Origin: Vicinamibacterales bacterium
Lineage (GTDB): Bacteria; Acidobacteriota; Vicinamibacteria; Vicinamibacterales; UBA2999
Direction of reading: 5' to 3'
Length of the DNA stretch: 64,000 nt
NCBI GenBank assembly: GCA_036374815.1
Contig: DASUSZ010000130.1
Location: forward strand, 2,732-66,731
Below, piece by piece: positions 8,627 to 21,237 of this stretch. The notes under the pieces were generated by a model. It was not told where the DNA came from, made no database searches, and saw only the letters and a list, made by a program, of their open reading frames with translations. Made by a program: the position numbers and the translations under genes. The first letter of the stretch is position 1; each line of letters begins with the position of its first letter.

Positions 8627-9730
8627 ATGATTTCGCCCATGTCGACCGGCACCGCGAAGCGGAACCCGCTGCAGGAGATGACGCGGACCACGCCGACGTG
8701 CCTGTGGAACGACTCGGCGGACCCGGACGAGCTGCGATGGAGCCTCGACCAGGGCGGCGTCGGCGCCACGTGCAATCCGGTCATCGCGCACACCGTTCTG
8801 AAGACTCGCATCGCGGAATGGCGGCCGCGTATTGCCGCGTTGATCCGCGAGCGGCCGTCGGCGACCGAGGATGAGATCGCGTGGGCGGCTGTCGAAGCGC
8901 TGTCGATTGATGCGGCGGCGTTGCTGATGCCCGCGTTCGAAGCGAGCCGCGGCCGCAACGGCCGCCTGTCCATTCAAACCGACCCGCGGTTCTACCGCGA
9001 CGCGCCGGCGCTCGTCGAGCAGGCGGTGCGGTTCGCTTCGCTCGCCCCGAACATGATCGTGAAGATTCCCGCGACGCGCGCCGGCATCGAGGCAATCGAG
9101 GAGGCGACCGCACACGGCATCAGCATCAATGCCACCGTGTCGTTCAGCGTGCCGCAGACCATCGCGGTGGCCGAAGCGGTCGAGCGCGGCTTGAAGCGCC
9201 GCGAAGCACGCGGCCACGATGTCGAGCGCATGGGTCCGGTCTGCACGATCATGGTCGGCCGGCTCGACGACTGGTTGAAGGTGGTAATGGAGAAATCGGG
9301 CATCACGACCGATCCCGGTCACCTCGAATGGGCGGGCGTGGCGGTGTTCAAGAAGGCCTATGCGATCTACCGCGAGCGCGGCTACCGCCTGCGGTTGCTT
9401 TCCGCCGCGTTCCGCAATCACATGCACTGGAGCGAGCTGATCGGCGGTGATGTGGTGATTTCACCGCCGTGCCCGTGGCAAAAGAGATTTGCGGCGAGCG
9501 ATATCGAGATCGCGCCGCGCATCGAGACGCCCGTCGATCGCGCGATGGTCGACGACCTGTATCGCCGATTCGAGGACTTCAGGCGCGCCTACGATGCGGA
9601 CGGGATGCGCGTCGACGAGTTCGACGGCTTCGCGCCGACGCGCCGCACGCTGCGGCAGTTTCTTGCCGCCTGCGATGATCTCGCCTCGCTGGTGCGCGAC
9701 ATCATGATTGCCAATCCCGACACGCCATGA
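8627..9730 (+). CDS. Transaldolase-family protein
   Basis: Track ORF 8627..9730. It contains TCLWNDSADPDEL, GATCNPVI and the Schiff-base lysine block MIVKIPATRAGIEAI typical of transaldolase/FSA-type aldolases. Its stop forms an ATGA overlap with the iolD start. Confidence 0.8.
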   Translation: MISPMSTGTAKRNPLQEMTRTTPTCLWNDSADPDELRWSLDQGGVGATCNPVIAHTVLKTRIAEWRPRIAALIRERPSATEDEIAWAAVEALSIDAAALLMPAFEASRGRNGRLSIQTDPRFYRDAPALVEQAVRFASLAPNMIVKIPATRAGIEAIEEATAHGISINATVSFSVPQTIAVAEAVERGLKRREARGHDVERMGPVCTIMVGRLDDWLKVVMEKSGITTDPGHLEWAGVAVFKKAYAIYRERGYRLRLLSAAFRNHMHWSELIGGDVVISPPCPWQKRFAASDIEIAPRIETPVDRAMVDDLYRRFEDFRRAYDADGMRVDEFDGFAPTRRTLRQFLAACDDLASLVRDIMIANPDTP

Positions 9731-11544
9731 TTCGCCTCACTACCGCACAGGCGCTGGTGCGATTCCTCGGCGTCCAGTCCAGCGAGCGCGATCGGCAGCA
9801 ACAGCCGCTCTTCGGCGGCGTGTTTGGCATCTTCGGCCACGGCAACGTGGCAGGCATCGGCCAGGCGCTCGATGAGATGGGCGGCCCGCTTCGTTATTAC
9901 CAATGCCGCAACGAGCAGGCGATGGTCCATACCGCCGCGGCGTTTGCGAAGATGTCGAACCGGTTGCGCACGCTCGTGTGCACCACGTCGATCGGTCCCG
10001 GCGCGACCAACATGCTGACCGGCGCCGCCGGAGCGACGATCAATCGGCTGCCTGTGTTGCTGCTCCCCGGAGACGTGTTCGCGAATCGCGTCCCCGCGCC
10101 GGTGCTGCAGCAGCTCGAGTCGGCACAGACGCAGGACCTGTCCGTCAATGACTGCTTCCGCCCGGTGTCGCGATACTGGGATCGCATCTATCGCGCCGAG
10201 CAGCTGCTGACCGCGCTTCCTGAAGCGATGCGCGTGCTGACCTCTCCGGCCGAGACGGGCGCGGTGACGCTCGCGCTCCCGCAGGACACGCAGACCGAAG
10301 CGTTTGACTTTCCGGAGTCGTTCTTCGAGCCGCGGGTGTGGGCGATTCCGCGGCAGCGCGGCGATGCGGCCTCGATCGCGCGCGCGGTGGAGCTGATTCG
10401 CGGCAGCAAGGCGCCGCTCGTCATCGCCGGCGGCGGCGTGCTCTACAGCGACGCGTCGCAGGCGTTGCGAAGGTTTGCGGACGCCACCGGCATCGCTGTC
10501 GCCGAAACGCAGGCGGGCAAGAGCGCGATCGCGTGGGATCATCCGCTCGCGCTCGGCGGCATCGGCGTCACCGGCACGCTGGCCGCGAACCGCATCGCCC
10601 GCCAGGCCGACGTCGTGATCGCGATTGGCACGCGCCTCGCCGATTTCACGACCATGTCGAACAGCCTGTTCGGCGAGGGCACGAAGTTCATCGGCATCAA
10701 CGTCTGCGAGATGGATGCGTTCAAGCGCGACGCGGTGCCGGTGATCGCGGACGCGCGCGCCGCCATCGAGGAGATCGGCGGCGCACTCGCGGGCTGGCGC
10801 ACGACCGATGCGTATCGAAACAATGTCGGGCGGCTCGCCGGCGAATGGCACGCCGAGGTCGATCGCCTCTACGGTCAGCGGAGCGCGGCGCCGTTCGCGC
10901 AGGCGGAAGTGATCGGCGCGGTAAACGCGAGCGCAGCACCGCGCGATGTCGTGGTTTGTGCCGCCGGCAGCATGCCGGGCGATCTCCACAAGTTATGGCG
11001 CGCGTCCGAGCCGAATACCTACCACCTCGAGTACGGCTACTCGTGCATGGGCTACGAGATCGCGGGAGGCCTGGGCGTGAAGATGGCCGATCCATCCCGC
11101 GAGGTGTTGGTGATGGTCGGCGACGGTTCGTACCTCATGATGGCGCAGGAAATCGTCACCTCGATCCAGGAAGGCCGCAAGCTGATCATCGTTCTCGTCG
11201 ACAGCAGCGGCTACGCGAGCATCGGCGGACTGTCGAGGTCTATCGGCTCCGGCGGTTTCGGCACGCAGTTCGATTACAAGGTGCCGATCGATCTTGCCGC
11301 CAACGCCGAGTCGCTTGGCGCGCTCGTGTATCGCGCAACCGATCGCGCCTCGCTCGACGAGGGACTGCGCGCCGCTCGCGCAGCGGATCGCACCGCGGTG
11401 ATCTACGCGCGCGTCGATCCGATGAAAGGTGTCCCCGGCTGCGAGTCGTGGTGGGACGTGCCGGTCGCGGAAGTGTCGTCGCAGCCAACGGTCCAGGCCG
11501 CGCGCGCCGCGTGGGAGGAAGGGCGCCGCCGCCGCGGCCGCTGA
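9727..11544 (+). CDS. iolD: 3D-(3,5/4)-trihydroxycyclohexane-1,2-dione acylhydrolase (ThDP enzyme)
   Basis: Track ORF 9727..11544. The N-terminus [14 protein letters not shown]...[18 protein letters not shown] matches the IolD N-terminus as remembered. A ThDP-binding block is present ([17 protein letters not shown]). Confidence 0.9.
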   Translation: MIRLTTAQALVRFLGVQSSERDRQQQPLFGGVFGIFGHGNVAGIGQALDEMGGPLRYYQCRNEQAMVHTAAAFAKMSNRLRTLVCTTSIGPGATNMLTGAAGATINRLPVLLLPGDVFANRVPAPVLQQLESAQTQDLSVNDCFRPVSRYWDRIYRAEQLLTALPEAMRVLTSPAETGAVTLALPQDTQTEAFDFPESFFEPRVWAIPRQRGDAASIARAVELIRGSKAPLVIAGGGVLYSDASQALRRFADATGIAVAETQAGKSAIAWDHPLALGGIGVTGTLAANRIARQADVVIAIGTRLADFTTMSNSLFGEGTKFIGINVCEMDAFKRDAVPVIADARAAIEEIGGALAGWRTTDAYRNNVGRLAGEWHAEVDRLYGQRSAAPFAQAEVIGAVNASAAPRDVVVCAAGSMPGDLHKLWRASEPNTYHLEYGYSCMGYEIAGGLGVKMADPSREVLVMVGDGSYLMMAQEIVTSIQEGRKLIIVLVDSSGYASIGGLSRSIGSGGFGTQFDYKVPIDLAANAESLGALVYRATDRASLDEGLRAARAADRTAVIYARVDPMKGVPGCESWWDVPVAEVSSQPTVQAARAAWEEGRRRRGR

Positions 11545-11576
11545 ATCGCCGCGGATCGTACTGCTATCCTCAGATT

Positions 11577-13763
<2,187 letters not shown>

Positions 13764-13768
13764 CCTCG

Positions 13769-14263
13769 CTATTGAATCTCGCCGCGCAGCCACGTCATCG
13801 GCCCAAGCCGCTGTTCTCCGAAAGTCCCCGTGCTGATACCGATCGTCCCCTCGATCTCGAACGCAATCGGCTGACGCGACACGGCGCGCGTGATCGCCTG
13901 GCCGAGACCGGGAACGTCGCGAAAGTCGACCGAGATGTCGATCGGCACGATCTCCTCGCTGCGCGCGGGCAGTGGAAGTCCGAAGGGGAAGTCGACGGTC
14001 GCTGCGCGCGACCCCTCGAGATGCAGCGTGCCTTGCAGCGTGCCGAGCGTGACGCCGAACGCATTCGGATTGGTCACGCGCGTCCAGATGCGCACCGCCG
14101 CGCCGTTGACCCCGCGCAGGCGTATCTCGCTGCGGGTTTGATCGTCCTGTTCGAATCGCGGTGGCTGGATGAACGACTGAAGCTGTTGCAACGCCGTGCA
14201 TCCGAGCGAGGATGAAACGATCGCCGCCAGCACGACAGCTTTCACCGCGCGTGAAGTAGGCAT
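13769..14263 (-). CDS. LEA_2 (WHy/LEA14-like) domain lipoprotein
   Basis: Track ORF 13769..14326, trimmed to ATG 14263, which is preceded by AGGAGACACC. The lipoprotein signal is MPTSRAVKAVVLAAIVSSSLGC. The beta-sandwich pattern VRIWTRVTNPNAFGVTLGTLQGTLHLEG resembles LEA_2. Confidence 0.75.
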   Translation of the reverse strand: MPTSRAVKAVVLAAIVSSSLGCTALQQLQSFIQPPRFEQDDQTRSEIRLRGVNGAAVRIWTRVTNPNAFGVTLGTLQGTLHLEGSRAATVDFPFGLPLPARSEEIVPIDISVDFRDVPGLGQAITRAVSRQPIAFEIEGTIGISTGTFGEQRLGPMTWLRGEIQ

Positions 14264-14366
14264 GGTGTCTCCTGCCTTTGACACTGCAAGTCGTGTTCCG
14301 TGCAGTTCTGTCCTGCCCTGCTGCAAGGATTCGAAGCTCGCCCGTTCTAGGAATCAGGAGGACGAC

Positions 14367-15260
14367 ATGAATCGGAAACTGGGCGCTTTTTCTCTGGCGG
14401 CGGTGATGGCCGGAGGCTGCTCCAACCCCGACCTCGCGTCAGTACGACGGGACAAGGTTGCGGCAATGGCTTCCCACGCCGGGGAGGCGATGATCCCGGA
14501 AAGCCGAGTGGCCGACGCGTCTCTGCACGCGCCGGCGGCACAGCCCGAGCCGCCGGCGCAGCCGCAGCGCGATCGCAAACTGATTCGCAACGGAGAAATC
14601 ACGCTCGAAGTAAAGAGCGTCGAGTCTGCGCTCGCCGGCCTGGCGGAGACGGTGCGCACGATAGGCGGCCAGTCGACGAATCAGATCGAGCGTCAGAACC
14701 AATACGGCGTCCGTACCGCTTCGCTGACGTGGCTGGTGCCCGCCGCGCGGCTCGACGCCGCGATCGCCGCTATCCGCGCGCTGGGCCAACCGAAGGAGCT
14801 GTCGTTGAAGACCGAGGACGTCACTACCAGCTACTTCGACGTGACAGTACGTATCGACACGCAGAAGCAGCTGGAGCGGCAGCTGGTCGCGCTGCTCGGA
14901 CGCGCCAGCAACCGGCTGTCCGACCTGCTCGAGATCGAGCGCGAGGTGGCGCGCGTTCGCGAGGAGATCGATCGGCTCGAGGGCCGCGTCAGGTTGTGGG
15001 ACAGTCAGCTCGCGATGTCGTCGGTAGTGATCACGCTGACGGAGCCGACGCCGATTGCAGCCAGGACTGGCGGGCCACTCACGACGCTGATCCGTTCATT
15101 CGGCGCCGCCGGCGAGAACTTCGTGCTGACGCTTGCCGCGCTCGTCGCGGCCGCTGGGTCGGCGTTGCCGGTGATGTTGCTGCTTGCCGGTCCGGTTTGG
15201 CTGGCAGTGAGAGCATGGCGCCGCCATCGCGCGGCCGCAGCGCCCGCCCCCGCGCAATAG
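14367..15260 (+). CDS. DUF4349-like lipoprotein with C-terminal TM segments
   Basis: Track ORF 14196..15260, trimmed to ATG 14367, which is preceded by AGGAGG. The signal is MNRKLGAFSLAAVMAGGC. The block RKLIRNGEITLEVKSVESALAGLAETV plus a coiled-coil region and a hydrophobic C-terminus fit DUF4349 as remembered. Confidence 0.75.
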   Translation: MNRKLGAFSLAAVMAGGCSNPDLASVRRDKVAAMASHAGEAMIPESRVADASLHAPAAQPEPPAQPQRDRKLIRNGEITLEVKSVESALAGLAETVRTIGGQSTNQIERQNQYGVRTASLTWLVPAARLDAAIAAIRALGQPKELSLKTEDVTTSYFDVTVRIDTQKQLERQLVALLGRASNRLSDLLEIEREVARVREEIDRLEGRVRLWDSQLAMSSVVITLTEPTPIAARTGGPLTTLIRSFGAAGENFVLTLAALVAAAGSALPVMLLLAGPVWLAVRAWRRHRAAAAPAPAQ

Positions 15261-15314
15261 CGTGCGCACAGGGTTGGCTGATGCCGAGGTATGATGGGTG
15301 CTTGCCGTCACGCC

Positions 15315-15409
<95 letters not shown>

Positions 15410-15487
15410 TCGCTCGGCCTTCGGCCTCGCTCGGCGGTTCGGTCGGGCTTCGGGATCAATCGCCGCTGCTTCGCAGCGTCGACAATA

Positions 15488-15508
15488 CGAATCCCTCCCT
15501 TGACGCCG
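15488..15508 (+). repeat. Partial direct copy of the tRNA-Ser 3' end
   Basis: CGAATCCCTCCCT (15488-15500) is identical to tRNA positions 15389-15401. The next 8 nt (TGACGCCG versus CACCGCCA) are partly conserved. Confidence 0.7.
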
Positions 15509-15599
15509 TGGCTCGCCTTCGGCGAGGCCACGAGCGGGAGCGATCCTGTCGGCATCGGATCTTCCCGGACTTCCCGACTGACTGCCGACTGGAGTCGCG

Positions 15600-16259
15600 T
15601 CAGTCGTGCTCGTCGTGCGCGGCGTGCACAGGCTTTGACTCCGGTGAGCGCCGCTGCCTCAGATAAACCGCGAGCCACACCATCGCTGCAATCGAGAAAA
15701 ATTCGCTCTGCCAGTTCTGGAACGACTCGAACCAGAATCGCGACGACACCAGGTAATCGACGAACTCGGGGCGTGGGCCGCCGTGCTCCGCTTGATCGTT
15801 CACGAACTCGGCGTATCCGCCGAACGCGTGTCCGACCCACGAGATCAGGAACAGAAACACAAACGCGAGGCCGAGCGAGTTTTCGTAGATCCGCAAGACC
15901 CAGCCGCCGCGGCGGACCGGCCACGGCACGCCGGGGCGATCCGCGAATTCGCGCGGGTCGGCATCCACGAGCTCCTTCACGTGCGCGCGGCGCGATTCCG
16001 GCGATCCCTTCTGGACCAGCATCGTCGTCAGCAGCACGAACACCGCCATCTGCAGGAACTCGCTCTCCCAATTTTCAAAGACCGCCTCCCACCAGTGGCC
16101 GGTGTTGAAGTATTCGGCCATGGCGATCGGCGCCTGCCCGTGTTCGGTCTGGGAGTTGTTGTATTCGTAGAAGCCCGTCACGTACTGGCCCGCGAGGAAG
16201 ACGACAAACATCACCATCAGGACGATCGTCAGCGCGCGGTCGTGCATCCAGGACAACAT
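15600..16259 (-). CDS. Membrane protein with internal duplication (resembles what I recall as DUF6766; name unverified)
   Basis: Track ORF 15600..16259. The two halves align: ...EYNNSQTEHGQ...WWEAVFENWESEFLQMAVFVLL...KGSPESR versus ...EFVNDQAEHGG...FWFESFQNWQSEFFSIAAMVWL...RRSPESK. Confidence 0.75.
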   Translation of the reverse strand: MLSWMHDRALTIVLMVMFVVFLAGQYVTGFYEYNNSQTEHGQAPIAMAEYFNTGHWWEAVFENWESEFLQMAVFVLLTTMLVQKGSPESRRAHVKELVDADPREFADRPGVPWPVRRGGWVLRIYENSLGLAFVFLFLISWVGHAFGGYAEFVNDQAEHGGPRPEFVDYLVSSRFWFESFQNWQSEFFSIAAMVWLAVYLRQRRSPESKPVHAAHDEHD

Positions 16260-16336
16260 GCCCGGGCAATGTAGTGCAAGAACTGCACCGGAACTCGCTT
16301 GAATTGCCCCGACTCAGCCGATAACCTTCGTAGCAC

Positions 16337-18439
16337 GTGCGACAGTCCGCCTCCCTGACGACAGCCGCTCGTTCGTGGTACGCCGCCAACGAGCTCATCG
16401 GCACGATCGTGCTGAATGTCGTCGTCGCCCTGGTGGCCTGGGGCCTCTCGGCGCTGGTGCTTGCCCCCACTGCGGGCGGCCGCGCGGTCACGCCGCTATG
16501 GCCTCCGGTCGGTCTTGCCGTCGCGCTCACTTACATCGGCGGCTACCGCCTGCTGCCGGGCATCGTGCTCGGCTCGCTCGCGCTCGGCCTCAGCTACAAC
16601 GCGTGGCCGCTGGCGATGATGATGGCGATTGCGCAGGTCGCCCAGCCGGTCGTCGATGTGCGGATCATGAAGGCGCTCGGATTCGATCCACGGCTCGAGC
16701 GCGTACGCGATCCGATCATCCTCTCGGTGATTGCCGGCCCTGCCGGGTCGTTTGCCGCGGCGCTGATCGCCGTGTCGCTGTCCTTCGCATTTGGCGCGCG
16801 CGCCGCCGACGCGCTGTGGTACGACTTCGTCCTCTGGTGGCTGCGCGACTGGCTTGGCGTGATGGTCACCGCGCCGCTGGTGTTCGCGTGGGTCTACGGG
16901 CGGCCGACGGCATGGACGTGGCCGCGCGTCGCCGAGATGATCGCGATGCTGCTGACGCTGTTCGCGGGCTCGCAGCTGATGTTCGGACTGTGGGGCATCT
17001 TCGCCACCCGCGATGTGCCGATCGCGTTCATCTTCTTTCCCATCGTCGGCTGGGCGGGCCTGCGCTTCGGCGCGCGCGGCTCAACGACCGTCGTCGCGAT
17101 GATCGCGGCGTTTGCGATCGCGATCGCCGGCATGGGCGTGGGGCCGTTCTCCGCGTTCCCCGTCGAGTTCACGCAGTTCCTGCTGTTCACGTTCCTCGCG
17201 CTCGGCTCGCTGAGCGGCCTGCTGCTGGCCGCGATCATGGCCGAGCGAGACGACGCGCTGCACAAGCGGCTGGTGCTCGAGGAGCAGCTGCGCCACTCGC
17301 AGAAGATGGAGGCGGTCGGTCGCCTCGCCGGCGGCATCGCGCACGACTTCAACAACCTGTTGACGGCGATCATCGGCTACACCGAGATCGTGCTGACCTC
17401 GCTCGATCCGAAAGACGATCGGCGCGCCGACGCGGAAGAGATCGGCCGCGCGGCGATGCGCGCCGCGGATCTGACGCGCCAGATGCTCGCGTTCAGCCGC
17501 CGGCAGGTGCTGCAGCTGAAAGTCATCGACCTCAACGTCGCGCTCAGCAAGGTCGAGCCGATGCTGCGCCGCGTGATCGGCGAAGACATCGTGATGACCG
17601 TGACCGGCAAGGCGACCAACGCCTTCGTGCGCGTCGATCCGGGCCAGGTCGAGCAGGTGGTGATGAACCTGGTCGTCAACGCGCGCGATGCGATGCCGAA
17701 AGGCGGACGGCTGACGGTCGAGACCGCCGACGCGGTGCTCGATGATGCGGCGCTGGCCGATTCGCCCGATGCGCGTCCCGGGGCCTACGTCCTGTTGTCC
17801 GTCTCCGACACCGGCATCGGCATGTCGCCCGAAGTGCGCGCGAGGATCTTCGAGCCGTACTTCACGACCAAGGACGTCGGCAAGGGCACCGGCCTCGGTT
17901 TGTCGACGGCCTACGGTATCGTGCGGCAAAGCGAAGGGCACATCTCGGTGTCGAGCGAGATCGGGCTGGGCACGACGTTCCGCATTTACCTGCCGCGGTC
18001 CGAAGCGCCGCAGCAAGTGGCGACGGAAGTCGCCGGCGAGAAACTGCCGGAAGGCAACGAGCACATCCTGCTCGTGGAAGATGACTCATCCGTGCGGCGG
18101 CTTTCGAAGGAACTGCTCGTCCGCCTCGGCTATTCCGTCACCGAAGCCGCGTCAGGCCGCGCCGGACTCGCGCTCGGCAGCGACGACACGAGGCATTTCG
18201 ATCTGGCGCTCTGCGATGTCATTCTTGGGGACATGAGCGGTCCTGCCGTAGCCGAAGCGTTAAGTGCGCTCCGGCCGTCGATTCGTGTGCTGTATATGTC
18301 AGGTTATACCGACGAGGCGATCGTCAAGACCGGCGTGCTCGACGAGGGCAAGCCGTTCCTGCAGAAACCGTTCACACCGATGCAGCTTGCGAAGAAAATT
18401 CGCGAAGTGCTCGACGAGCCGGAGACCGGATCGCTGTGA
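16337..18439 (+). CDS. MASE1-domain hybrid sensor histidine kinase / response regulator
   Basis: Track ORF 16337..18439 (GTG start). It has a MASE1-like multi-TM N-terminus ([28 protein letters not shown]), an H-box ([20 protein letters not shown]), an HATPase block (DTGIGMS...[11 protein letters not shown]) and a C-terminal REC ([12 protein letters not shown]...[14 protein letters not shown]). Confidence 0.85.
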   Translation: MRQSASLTTAARSWYAANELIGTIVLNVVVALVAWGLSALVLAPTAGGRAVTPLWPPVGLAVALTYIGGYRLLPGIVLGSLALGLSYNAWPLAMMMAIAQVAQPVVDVRIMKALGFDPRLERVRDPIILSVIAGPAGSFAAALIAVSLSFAFGARAADALWYDFVLWWLRDWLGVMVTAPLVFAWVYGRPTAWTWPRVAEMIAMLLTLFAGSQLMFGLWGIFATRDVPIAFIFFPIVGWAGLRFGARGSTTVVAMIAAFAIAIAGMGVGPFSAFPVEFTQFLLFTFLALGSLSGLLLAAIMAERDDALHKRLVLEEQLRHSQKMEAVGRLAGGIAHDFNNLLTAIIGYTEIVLTSLDPKDDRRADAEEIGRAAMRAADLTRQMLAFSRRQVLQLKVIDLNVALSKVEPMLRRVIGEDIVMTVTGKATNAFVRVDPGQVEQVVMNLVVNARDAMPKGGRLTVETADAVLDDAALADSPDARPGAYVLLSVSDTGIGMSPEVRARIFEPYFTTKDVGKGTGLGLSTAYGIVRQSEGHISVSSEIGLGTTFRIYLPRSEAPQQVATEVAGEKLPEGNEHILLVEDDSSVRRLSKELLVRLGYSVTEAASGRAGLALGSDDTRHFDLALCDVILGDMSGPAVAEALSALRPSIRVLYMSGYTDEAIVKTGVLDEGKPFLQKPFTPMQLAKKIREVLDEPETGSL

Positions 18440-21237
18440 TTGGCGAAACCATTTCTCACTACAAGATCCTGTCCCGCCTTGGCGCCGGCGGGATGGGCGT
18501 CGTCTACGAGGCCGAAGACACGCGGCTGGGCCGCAAGGTGGCGATCAAGTTCCTGCCCGACGAGGTCAGCGCGGACGCCGACGCGATCCAGCGGTTCCAG
18601 CGCGAAGCGCGCATCATTTCGAACCTCAATCACCCTCACATCTGCGTGCTCTACGACATCGGTGTTCATGACCACCGCCATTTCATGGTCATGGAGCTGC
18701 TCGACGGCCAGTCGCTGAAGGATCGCATTGCGCGCGGCGTCGTGCCGGCGGACGAAGCACTGGAGCTGGGCTCGCAAATCGCCGCCGCGCTCGAGGCGGC
18801 CCACCAGCAGGGTGTCGTTCATCGCGACATCAAGCCCGCGAACCTGTTCATCACCCGCCGCGGGATGATCAAGGTGCTGGACTTCGGCATCGCCAAGCCA
18901 AGCAACGCGGGTCAGGCGGATCGCATGGTGGAAACCATGGGATCCGACCGACTGACGACGATGGGAACGACGGTTGGGACGGTGGCCTACATGTCGCCCG
19001 AGCAGGCGCGCGGCCACGAGATCGACGCGCGCAGCGACGTGTTTTCAGCGGGCGTTGTCCTCTATGAGATGGTCACCGGCCAGTTGCCTTTCCAGGGCGC
19101 AACCCTCGGCGCGATTTTCGAGAGCTTGCTGACGAAGGAGCCCGCGAAGCCATCGCGGCTGAATACGAATCTGCCGCCAGCAATCGATCGCGTCATCCTC
19201 GAAGCGCTCGAGAAGGATCCTGATCTTCGGTATCAGTCGGCGGCTGACCTGCGCGCCGCGATCAATCGGGTCCGACGTGCCGCCGAATCCGACAAGGTCG
19301 CAACCGCCGCTGCTGCGTCGGCGAAGCGCGGCTGGCTGAAGCCGGTTGCGATCGGCGCGCCGCTGTTGACGGCGCTCGCGGTGGGCGGGTTCTTCTTCTA
19401 TCAATCGATCAACACGCCGGCGCTCACCCAGAAAGACAGCGTCGTGCTCTCGTCGGTCGTCAATCGCACCGGCGACGCGATGTTCGACGACACGCTCGGT
19501 GAAGCGCTCGCGCTGCAGCTGCGGCAGTCGCCGTTCCTGAACGTCGTGCCGGAACAGCAGGTGCAGGCCACGCTCCGCTTGATGGGCCGGGAGCCGACCA
19601 CGCCGATCACCGCGGAATTGGGGCGCGAGATCTGCCAGCGCGCCGGCGCGAAGGCGTTGCTCGGCGGCACGATCGCGATGCTCGGATCGTCCTACGTGAT
19701 CACGCTCAACGGCCAGGACTGCGTGGCAGGCAACGTGATCGCGGAGGAGCAGGCCCAGGCATCCTCGAAAGAGACGGTGCTGGCGGCGATGGGCGCCGCG
19801 GTTTCGAAGTTCCGTGAAAAGCTGGGCGAGTCGCTCGCCTCGATTCAGCGTTACGACGCGAAGATCGAAGAAGCCACGACGCCGTCTCTGGAAGCCTTGA
19901 AGGCCTACAGCCAGGGCCTGCGCACGCGGCGCACCACCGGTGATTTCGACTCGGTGCCGTTCTTCGTTCGCGCCATCGAGCTCGACGACGAGTTCGCGCT
20001 CGCCTACGCGCGGCTCGGCACGGTCTACGCCAATCTCGGGCGGACCGACGACTCGAAGAAGATGACCACGCGCGCCTACGAGCTGCGTGACAAGGTCAGC
20101 GACGCGGAGCGGTATTACATCGAAGCGCGCTACCACTCGACCGTCGGCAACGACGTGCAGAAGGCGCTCGATGTTTACAAGGTGTGGCTGGCGACGTACC
20201 CCAACGATTACACGGCGTTGACCAACTCGGCGCTGCTGCACAAGCGACAGGGCGATCGCGAGGAAGCGATTCGCAAACTCGAGCTCGCGACGAAGGTCGC
20301 GCCCGACCAGCCGGTGGCCTTCACGAATCTCGGCCAGACCTATTTCGAAGCCGGGCAGCACGACAAGGCGAAGCAGGCCTACGAAAGCGCGATTCTGCTG
20401 CTCGATTCGACCAGCGCGCGGGTGGGTTTATACCAGAGCGCCGTCCTGCTGGGGGATCAGGCGCTCGCCGATCAGCAGGCGGCGGCGGTGCAGGGCCGCC
20501 GCGACGAAATCGACATGATCGGCATCCGCCTGTTCGCCGCGACCTATCGCGGACGCATGCAGGAGGCGTCGCAGCTCTTCGACGACTATCAGGCCCGCGC
20601 GCTCGCGCTCAGCCGGCCGCAGGCCGCATCGAATGCGGTGATGCAGCTCGCCATCAGCGAGGCGGTTGTCGGTCTAGGCGAACGCGCGCAGGCGCGCGTC
20701 GACAAGGCGGTGGAGGACGGCATCCTGGGTGACGGCGTGTTCGACGACCGGCTGGTGCTGGCCGCGCTGACGAAGGATGCGGCCACCGCGCGTGAGCTGT
20801 ACGCGAAGGCGCTCGAAGAGCAGAAGAAAAATGCGCAGGCCGGAGACAGCGGGCCTGAGGGCGTGCGCGCCGTCGAGGCGCTCGTCAAGCTCGCCGAAGG
20901 CAAGGCCGCTGAAGCGGCGGCGACGGTCGAGCCGGTGTCGTTCCGGCCGTCGCTCCAGGATGTCATCAGCATCTGGACGCTCGCGAAGATGGAGGCGGGC
21001 GATCGCGCGTCGGCTGAAAAAGGTTTGACGTGGCTGGTGTCCAAAGATGCGCGCAGTGGTTTGTCTTCGTCGACCGCGTGGGTCTACGCGTCGCTCGCGC
21101 GTTTGCACGCCAAGGCGGGAAACACCGCTGAGGCCCGCAAGAACTACGACAAGTTCTTCGATCTCTTCAAGGATGCGGATCCTGATTTGCCGCTGCTCGT
21201 GCAGGCCAGGGAAGAATTCGCCAAGCTCGGTTCGTGA
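18436..21237 (+). CDS. Ser/Thr protein kinase (Hanks type) with one TM and a TPR-rich C-terminal region
   Basis: Track ORF 18436..21237. It contains GAGGMGVVYEA, VAIKFL, HRDIKPANL, DFGIAK and SPEQ, then a TM (VAIGAPLLTALAVGGFFFY) and TPR-like repeats. GTG 18436 forms a GTGA overlap with the kinase stop. Confidence 0.9.
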   Translation: MIGETISHYKILSRLGAGGMGVVYEAEDTRLGRKVAIKFLPDEVSADADAIQRFQREARIISNLNHPHICVLYDIGVHDHRHFMVMELLDGQSLKDRIARGVVPADEALELGSQIAAALEAAHQQGVVHRDIKPANLFITRRGMIKVLDFGIAKPSNAGQADRMVETMGSDRLTTMGTTVGTVAYMSPEQARGHEIDARSDVFSAGVVLYEMVTGQLPFQGATLGAIFESLLTKEPAKPSRLNTNLPPAIDRVILEALEKDPDLRYQSAADLRAAINRVRRAAESDKVATAAAASAKRGWLKPVAIGAPLLTALAVGGFFFYQSINTPALTQKDSVVLSSVVNRTGDAMFDDTLGEALALQLRQSPFLNVVPEQQVQATLRLMGREPTTPITAELGREICQRAGAKALLGGTIAMLGSSYVITLNGQDCVAGNVIAEEQAQASSKETVLAAMGAAVSKFREKLGESLASIQRYDAKIEEATTPSLEALKAYSQGLRTRRTTGDFDSVPFFVRAIELDDEFALAYARLGTVYANLGRTDDSKKMTTRAYELRDKVSDAERYYIEARYHSTVGNDVQKALDVYKVWLATYPNDYTALTNSALLHKRQGDREEAIRKLELATKVAPDQPVAFTNLGQTYFEAGQHDKAKQAYESAILLLDSTSARVGLYQSAVLLGDQALADQQAAAVQGRRDEIDMIGIRLFAATYRGRMQEASQLFDDYQARALALSRPQAASNAVMQLAISEAVVGLGERAQARVDKAVEDGILGDGVFDDRLVLAALTKDAATARELYAKALEEQKKNAQAGDSGPEGVRAVEALVKLAEGKAAEAAATVEPVSFRPSLQDVISIWTLAKMEAGDRASAEKGLTWLVSKDARSGLSSSTAWVYASLARLHAKAGNTAEARKNYDKFFDLFKDADPDLPLLVQAREEFAKLGS

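Noticed and set aside
10338-11576. N-terminal 413 codons of track ORF 10338..13763
   Set aside because: This stretch overlaps iolD in another frame and is R/G/D-rich junk. The kinase's TM region begins only after the iolD stop, so the start was moved to GTG 11577.
15410-15599. Genomic island integrated at tRNA-Ser
   Set aside because: The direct repeat of the tRNA 3' end is only about 86 bp away, with no integrase or cargo between or nearby. At most it is a scar, so it is reported as a low-interest finding only.
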